Origin: Mytilus californianus
Lineage: Eukaryota
Length of the DNA stretch: 64,000 nt
Direction of reading: 5' to 3'
Assembly (NCBI RefSeq): GCF_021869535.1
Contig: NW_026262734.1
Coordinates: 89,652,001 to 89,716,000, forward strand
The notes beneath the pieces were generated by a model. The model was not told where the DNA came from. It searched no databases and saw nothing but the letters and a program-made list of their open reading frames with translations. Both the position numbers and the translations under genes were made by a program. This document shows, piece by piece, positions 61,801 to 64,000 of the stretch (its first letter is position 1; every line of letters starts with the position of its first letter).

Positions 61801-62442
61801 TTATATAACTTCTAAAACACAATTAATTGGTAAATGATTAATTATCTTGTTATTATTTTCATCTCTTATTTCTAATTTCAATTCTGTTATAACATCATTT
61901 ACTAAACACTTATATTCCGGATGCTCAAATCTCGCTGTTATAACTTCACCAAACTCTTTATTTTCAACTGGAATAACAGCTAATAATTTACTTGGCTTAC
62001 CATCAAGATAATTATGAGAAGTGCTAACTTGTTCCAAATGGATATATAATGATTTATGGATAGCAAAATCCACAAATTTGTTTCCATAATGTAATTCATT
62101 AGGTTCGAATTTACGTTTATTATTAAACCCTAACATATTTCCCAAACCCTTACTTATCCTTAACTCAGTAGTAGTGTTTAATGAAGCGATACCATTTGCT
62201 TCATTTACGGATAATACAATATTTTCTTTTTGAAATTCATCCACTATTTGTTGAAAACTATAATAACCATTCATAATCCTTTGCTGTTCCTCTCCGGTTT
62301 TTGTTATAAACCCATGATAAACATTATACCAACCTATGCTGTATCTTATAAATTTCAAACCAATACGTTTATTTCCATTTCTGTTATTTATGTATTGTTC
62401 TAAGTTTATTGTATTATCAATATTTGAAATAGTATGAAACAT
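61801..62442 (-). CDS. mCP: Putative minor capsid protein (penton, single jelly roll; 213 aa)
   Basis: NGYYS..I, MLGF, LYIHLE, LLAVIPV..FGE and LEIRD motifs, typical of Polinton pentons. Confidence 0.75.
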   Translation of the reverse strand: MFHTISNIDNTINLEQYINNRNGNKRIGLKFIRYSIGWYNVYHGFITKTGEEQQRIMNGYYSFQQIVDEFQKENIVLSVNEANGIASLNTTTELRISKGLGNMLGFNNKRKFEPNELHYGNKFVDFAIHKSLYIHLEQVSTSHNYLDGKPSKLLAVIPVENKEFGEVITARFEHPEYKCLVNDVITELKLEIRDENNNKIINHLPINCVLEVI

Positions 62443-62457
62443 TTTTAATATAAAAAA
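62443..62457. promoter_or_regulatory. 15-bp head-to-head spacer (penton/ORF410)
   Basis: cat-ttttaatataaaaaa-atg. Confidence 0.5.
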
Positions 62458-63690
62458 ATGATAACAAAAGAATTTAAATATAATCCTAATGTTTCATATA
62501 ATCCAGGTATTAAATATTCTGAAAAAGATCATCAATTAAAAACAAATCTTGTAAATCAAACGATATTTGTAAATCAAAAAGAGAACTTTAAAACAGCTTT
62601 TCCTGATTTATTTCAAAACTATCAAAACCCATCAATACACACTAACGAACCATGGAATGCCTGGATTCATTCTTCATTTGATTGGTGGCAATGTCAGTTA
62701 AATTTTGCAGTTTGGTGTGCAAGTACAGGATGTGGTGTTTCTTATAATGATCATATACAAAATACTTCAAATCTTACAAAGTCTTTTTATATGTTTCATT
62801 TATATTATTGTATTGCCAGAATTTTAAAAGAACTTAAATCACCTTTACCAACAGATTCTTCTTTCTGTTATTACAAGAACCCATATGACAAAGCTGCATA
62901 TCAGAAATTATGTGATGAATTTAATATTTCTCCAAATACAAATTGGAGACAAAAACTAGAATCATCATGTCAAGGATTAGGAAGTTTTGAGCAATATTAT
63001 AAACCAAGTGGAGAATATAGACAAAGAAATAAAATTAAAGGACCTTTCTTTAGTACTCATGATACTATTAAGCATGAAAAAGATATAAGTATGGCTTGGA
63101 CAACATTTATTTTAGATAACTCTAATGGGTTTACACAAGCAGGTATTGAACGTATTAATGAAAGTATTAAAATTTATGTATGGGCTTTGTTAGGTGCACA
63201 ATCTCAAACAAAAACAAAAATTTTAAAAGTAGGAACAGGATTTGATGCACAAAAACAATTCTTAGCAAATGTACAAGATGTAATAAATAGTCCTATCGAT
63301 TTACCCACCCAGATATCGAATTATGAAAATGTTTTAAAATATGCAAGAAGTAAAGTTGATTATGCTTATGGACTTGGTTTATATATGTCTCCCAGTGATA
63401 TGGTTTTACAAATTGGAAGTATTGTTGGTTATAATAATAAAATTATAATTGCAACAGAAAATCAAACACTTGGGTTAAATGATGATTTAAATAATAAAAA
63501 TTTTGATCATGTTGATTTTAAACCAAAAGAACCTGTAAAACCACAAGAACCTATAAAACATGAAAAGCCTAAAGAACCAAAAATAGATCCAATAAAAAAA
63601 ATTGAACATGAAGATCATGAAGATAATAAACAAGCAATAATATTTGTAAGTATTGTAATAGGATTTACAGCACTTTATTTTTTCAAATAA
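62458..63690 (+). CDS. Polinton hypothetical protein (410 aa) with a Pro/Lys/Glu linker and C-terminal TM anchor
   Basis: Trp/Cys-rich WWQCQLNFAVWCASTGCGVS block, KPKEPVKPQEPIKHEKPKEPK, AIIFVSIVIGFTALYFF. Confidence 0.8.
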   Translation: MITKEFKYNPNVSYNPGIKYSEKDHQLKTNLVNQTIFVNQKENFKTAFPDLFQNYQNPSIHTNEPWNAWIHSSFDWWQCQLNFAVWCASTGCGVSYNDHIQNTSNLTKSFYMFHLYYCIARILKELKSPLPTDSSFCYYKNPYDKAAYQKLCDEFNISPNTNWRQKLESSCQGLGSFEQYYKPSGEYRQRNKIKGPFFSTHDTIKHEKDISMAWTTFILDNSNGFTQAGIERINESIKIYVWALLGAQSQTKTKILKVGTGFDAQKQFLANVQDVINSPIDLPTQISNYENVLKYARSKVDYAYGLGLYMSPSDMVLQIGSIVGYNNKIIIATENQTLGLNDDLNNKNFDHVDFKPKEPVKPQEPIKHEKPKEPKIDPIKKIEHEDHEDNKQAIIFVSIVIGFTALYFFK

Positions 63691-64000
63691 TCTCTAGCAG
63701 CAGTAAACAATAAACTAACAACTAAAATAAGCAATGCCCATAAGTTGTTTGCAAACCAATTTACTACGTCTTTTGTTGCAGACAATAACCAAGAAACAAT
63801 AGAACCTATAATACCTGGTAATGCAGCTGCTAATTTTCCTGCAAGAAAAGATAATAATTTTCCAAGATTTTTTAATTGTTTTTTTATCCAGTCTTGTACA
63901 CCACCACCTTTTGATGGAGGAGAAGGAGAAGGAGAAGGAGAAGTAGTTCCACCAGTAAATGCTTCAACAATAACACCAATAATAATTCCAAAAGCAGTTA
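63675..64000 (-). CDS. C-terminal 107 aa of a membrane/amphipathic-helix protein missing from the ORF track; starts outside the window
   Basis: Hand translation of 63998>63675: TAFGIIIGVIVEAFTGGTTSPSPSPSPPSKGGGVQDWIKKQLKNLGKLLSFLAGKLAAALPGIIGSIVSWLL...NLWALLILVVSLLFTAARDYLKK*. Confidence 0.8.
   Translation of the reverse strand, partial: TAFGIIIGVIVEAFTGGTTSPSPSPSPPSKGGGVQDWIKKQLKNLGKLLSFLAGKLAAALPGIIGSIVSWLLSATKDVVNWFANNLWALLILVVSLLFTAARDYLKK

Larger units (their letters stand above)
52164..64000. mobile_element. Endogenous Polinton/Maverick (adintovirus-like) virus, truncated by the window edge
   Basis: Densely packed intronless AT-rich ORFs: rve integrase, pPolB, A32-like ATPase, major and minor capsid proteins. 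Confidence 0.96.

Overview
AT-rich, repeat-dense animal DNA, most likely from a mussel or related bivalve (inferred from the repeat and gene families; not verified by any search). Positions 1-50 kb are host sequence. They contain a young 5'-truncated Tx1/L1-clade LINE with a poly(A) tail and a 13-bp target-site duplication (5497-9839), many Penelope-like element (PLE) fragments, two intronic hammerhead-ribozyme relics, a Helentron-type HINE and a Tc1-like MITE. Three host genes can be built by hand. The first is a minus-strand signal peptide-kringle-kringle-C-type lectin gene with three nonsense codons (17.9-28.7 kb). The second is a plus-strand FAMeT (Methyltransf_FA)-domain/mucin-stalk/transmembrane gene (35.7-38.3 kb). 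The third is a single-exon ankyrin gene (45.6-46.1 kb). After a low-quality-looking junction (50.0-50.7 kb), the rest of the window is a nearly intact endogenous Polinton/Maverick (adintovirus-like) virus that runs off the right edge. It encodes an rve integrase (one homopolymer frameshift), a 1252-aa protein-primed PolB with OTU-like and Vsr-like domains, an A32-like packaging ATPase, major and minor capsid proteins, a spike-like protein and about six membrane-associated proteins. The most unusual signals are inside this virus: a GC-rich 18-27-bp mini-repeat sitting codon-aligned inside several genes, a T-A(3-6)-ATG start motif on 11 of 12 genes with head-to-head spacers of only 15 and 30 bp, and an 85-bp higher-order palindromic array.
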